Source: Eledone cirrhosa
Taxonomy: Eukaryota
NCBI GenBank assembly: GCA_964016885.1
Contig: OZ024755.1
Location: forward strand, 39,308,001 to 39,372,000
Direction of reading: 5' to 3'
DNA length: 64,000 nt
The notes under the pieces were generated by a model. The model was not told the origin of the DNA. It made no database searches and saw nothing but the letters and a program-made list of their open reading frames with translations. How positions within the stretch are numbered: position 1 is the stretch's first letter; the number at the start of each line of letters is the position of its first letter. The position numbers and the translations under genes were made by a program. Shown here piece after piece: positions 61,501-64,000 of this stretch.

Positions 61501-64000
61501 ACTAACAACACTACCTGACACACTAACAACACTACCTACCACACTAACAACACTACCTGACACACTAACAACACTACCTACCACACTAACAACACTACCT
61601 GACACACTAACAACACTACCTGACACACTAACAACACTACCTGACACACTAACAACACTACCTACCACACTAACAACACTACCTGACACACTAACAACAC
61701 TACCTACCACACTAACAACACTACCTGACACACTAACAACACTACCTACCACACTAACAACACTACCTGACACACTAACAACACTACCTGACACACTAAC
61801 AACACTACATGACACACTAACAACACTACCTACCACACTAACAACAGTACCTGACACACTAACAACACTACCTACCACACTAACAACACTACCTGACACA
61901 CTAACAACACTACCTACCACACTAACAACACTACCTGACACACTAACAACACTACCTGACACACTAACAACACTACCTGACACACTAACAACACTACCTA
62001 CCACACTAACAACACTACCTGACACACTAACAACACTACCTGACACACTAACAACACTACCTGACACACTAACAACACTACCTACCACACTAACAACACT
62101 ACCTGACACACTAACAACACTACCTGACACACTAACAACACTACCTGACACACTAACAACACTACCTGACACACTAACAACACTACCTGACACACTAACA
62201 ACACTACCTGACACACTAACAACACTACCTGACACACTAACATCACTACCTGACACACTAACAACACTACCAATCACACTAACAACACTACCTGACACAC
62301 TAACAACACTACCTGACACACTAACAACACTACCTGCCACACTAACAACACTAGCTATCACACTAACAACACTACCTGACACACTAACAACACTACCTGA
62401 CACACTAACAACACTACCTGACACACTAACAACACTACCTGACACACTAACAACACTACCTGACACACTAACAACACTACCTGACACACTAACAACATTA
62501 CCTGACACACAAACAACACTACCTGACACACTAACAACACTAGCTATCACACTAACAACACTACCTGACACACTAACAACACTACCTGACACACTAACAA
62601 CACTACCTGACACACTAACATCACTACCTGACACACTAACAACACTACATGACACACTAACAACACTACCTGACATACTAACAACACTACCTGACACACT
62701 AACAACACTACCTGACACACTAACAACATTACCTGACACACAAACAACACTACCTGACACACTAACAACACTAGCTATCACACTAACAACACTACCTGAC
62801 ACACTAACAACACTACCTGACACACTAACAACACTACCTGACACACTAACAACACTACCTGACACACTAACAACATTACCTGACACACAAACAACACTAC
62901 CTGACACACTAACAACACTAGCTATCACACTAACAACACTACCTGACACACTAACAACACTACCTGACACACTAACAACACTACCTGACACACTAACAAC
63001 ACTACCTGCCACACTAACAACACTACCTGACACACAAACAACACTACCTGACACACTAACAACACTACCTGAAACATTAACAACACTACCTGACACACTA
63101 ACAACACTACCTGACACACTAACAACACTACCTACCACACTAACAACACTACCTGACACACTAACAACACTACCTGACACACTAACAACACTACCTGACA
63201 CACTAACAACACTACCTGACACACTAACAACACTACCTGCCACACTAACAACACTACCTGACACACAAACAACACTACCTGACACACTAACAACACTACC
63301 TGAAACATTAACAACACTACCTGACACACTAACAACACTACCTGACACACTAACAACACTACCTGACACACTAACAACACTACCTGACACACTAACAACA
63401 CTACCTGACACACTATCAACACTACCTGACACACTATCAACACTGCCTGACACACTAACAACACTGCCTGACACACTAACAACACTACCTGACACACTAA
63501 CAACACTACCTGACACACTAACAACACTGCCTGACACACTAACAACACTACCTGACACACTAACAACACTGCCTGACACACTAACAACACTACCTGACAC
63601 ACTAGCAACACTACCTGACACACTAACAACACTACCTGACACACTAACAACACTACCTGACACACTAACAACACTACCTGACACACTAACAACACTGCCT
63701 GACACACTAGCAACACTACCTGACACACTAACAACACTACCTGACACACTAACAACACTGCCTGACACACTAACAACACTACCTGACACACTAGCAACAC
63801 TACCTGACACACTAACAACACTACCTGACACACTAACAACACTACCTGACACACTAACAACACTACCTGACACACTAACAACACTGCCTGACACACTAGC
63901 AACACTACCTGACACACTAACAACACTACCTGACACACTAACAACACTGCCTGACACACTAACAACACTACCTGACACACTAGCAACACTACCTGACACA
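52507..64000. repeat. 21-bp satellite (ACACTAACAACACTACCTGAC), about 545 units, running off the window end
   Basis: Directly visible, with 7-aa periodicity, no net frameshift over 11.5 kb, and higher-order duplications. Confidence 0.98.

Noticed and set aside
54502-63999. 3165-aa (SGSVVSV)n minus-strand ORF
   Set aside because: A by-product of the 21-bp periodicity, with an internal stop near 54500 and no unique domain.

Overview
Repeat-dense, AT-rich eukaryotic DNA with no recognisable host gene. A cephalopod (Octopus-like) origin is inferred from the SINE types and the extreme (TA)n content. Bases 1-52 kb are a mosaic of (TA)n/(CA)n/(GA)n microsatellites and decayed mobile elements. These include four coding Penelope-like element (PLE) fragments with RT-thumb and/or GIY-YIG sequence, a Helitron PIF1 helicase pseudogene and two other Helitron ends, CR1-like and Tx1-like LINE 3' ends, and tRNA-derived SINEs. 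The last 11.5 kb is a 21-bp satellite. The main hidden signal is roughly 35 type I hammerhead ribozyme (HHR) motifs, intact or degenerate, counted by eye. They sit in several unrelated families of fold-back insertions, each flanked by (TA)n and carrying a 75-95 nt one-sided tail. Two families are non-coding tandem monomers (466 and 534 nt) with one HHR per monomer, making them candidate undescribed retrozymes that could yield circular RNA and depend on PLE proteins. Two HHRs carry a compensatory U3-A8 core. All calls come from manual reading; no searches were run.
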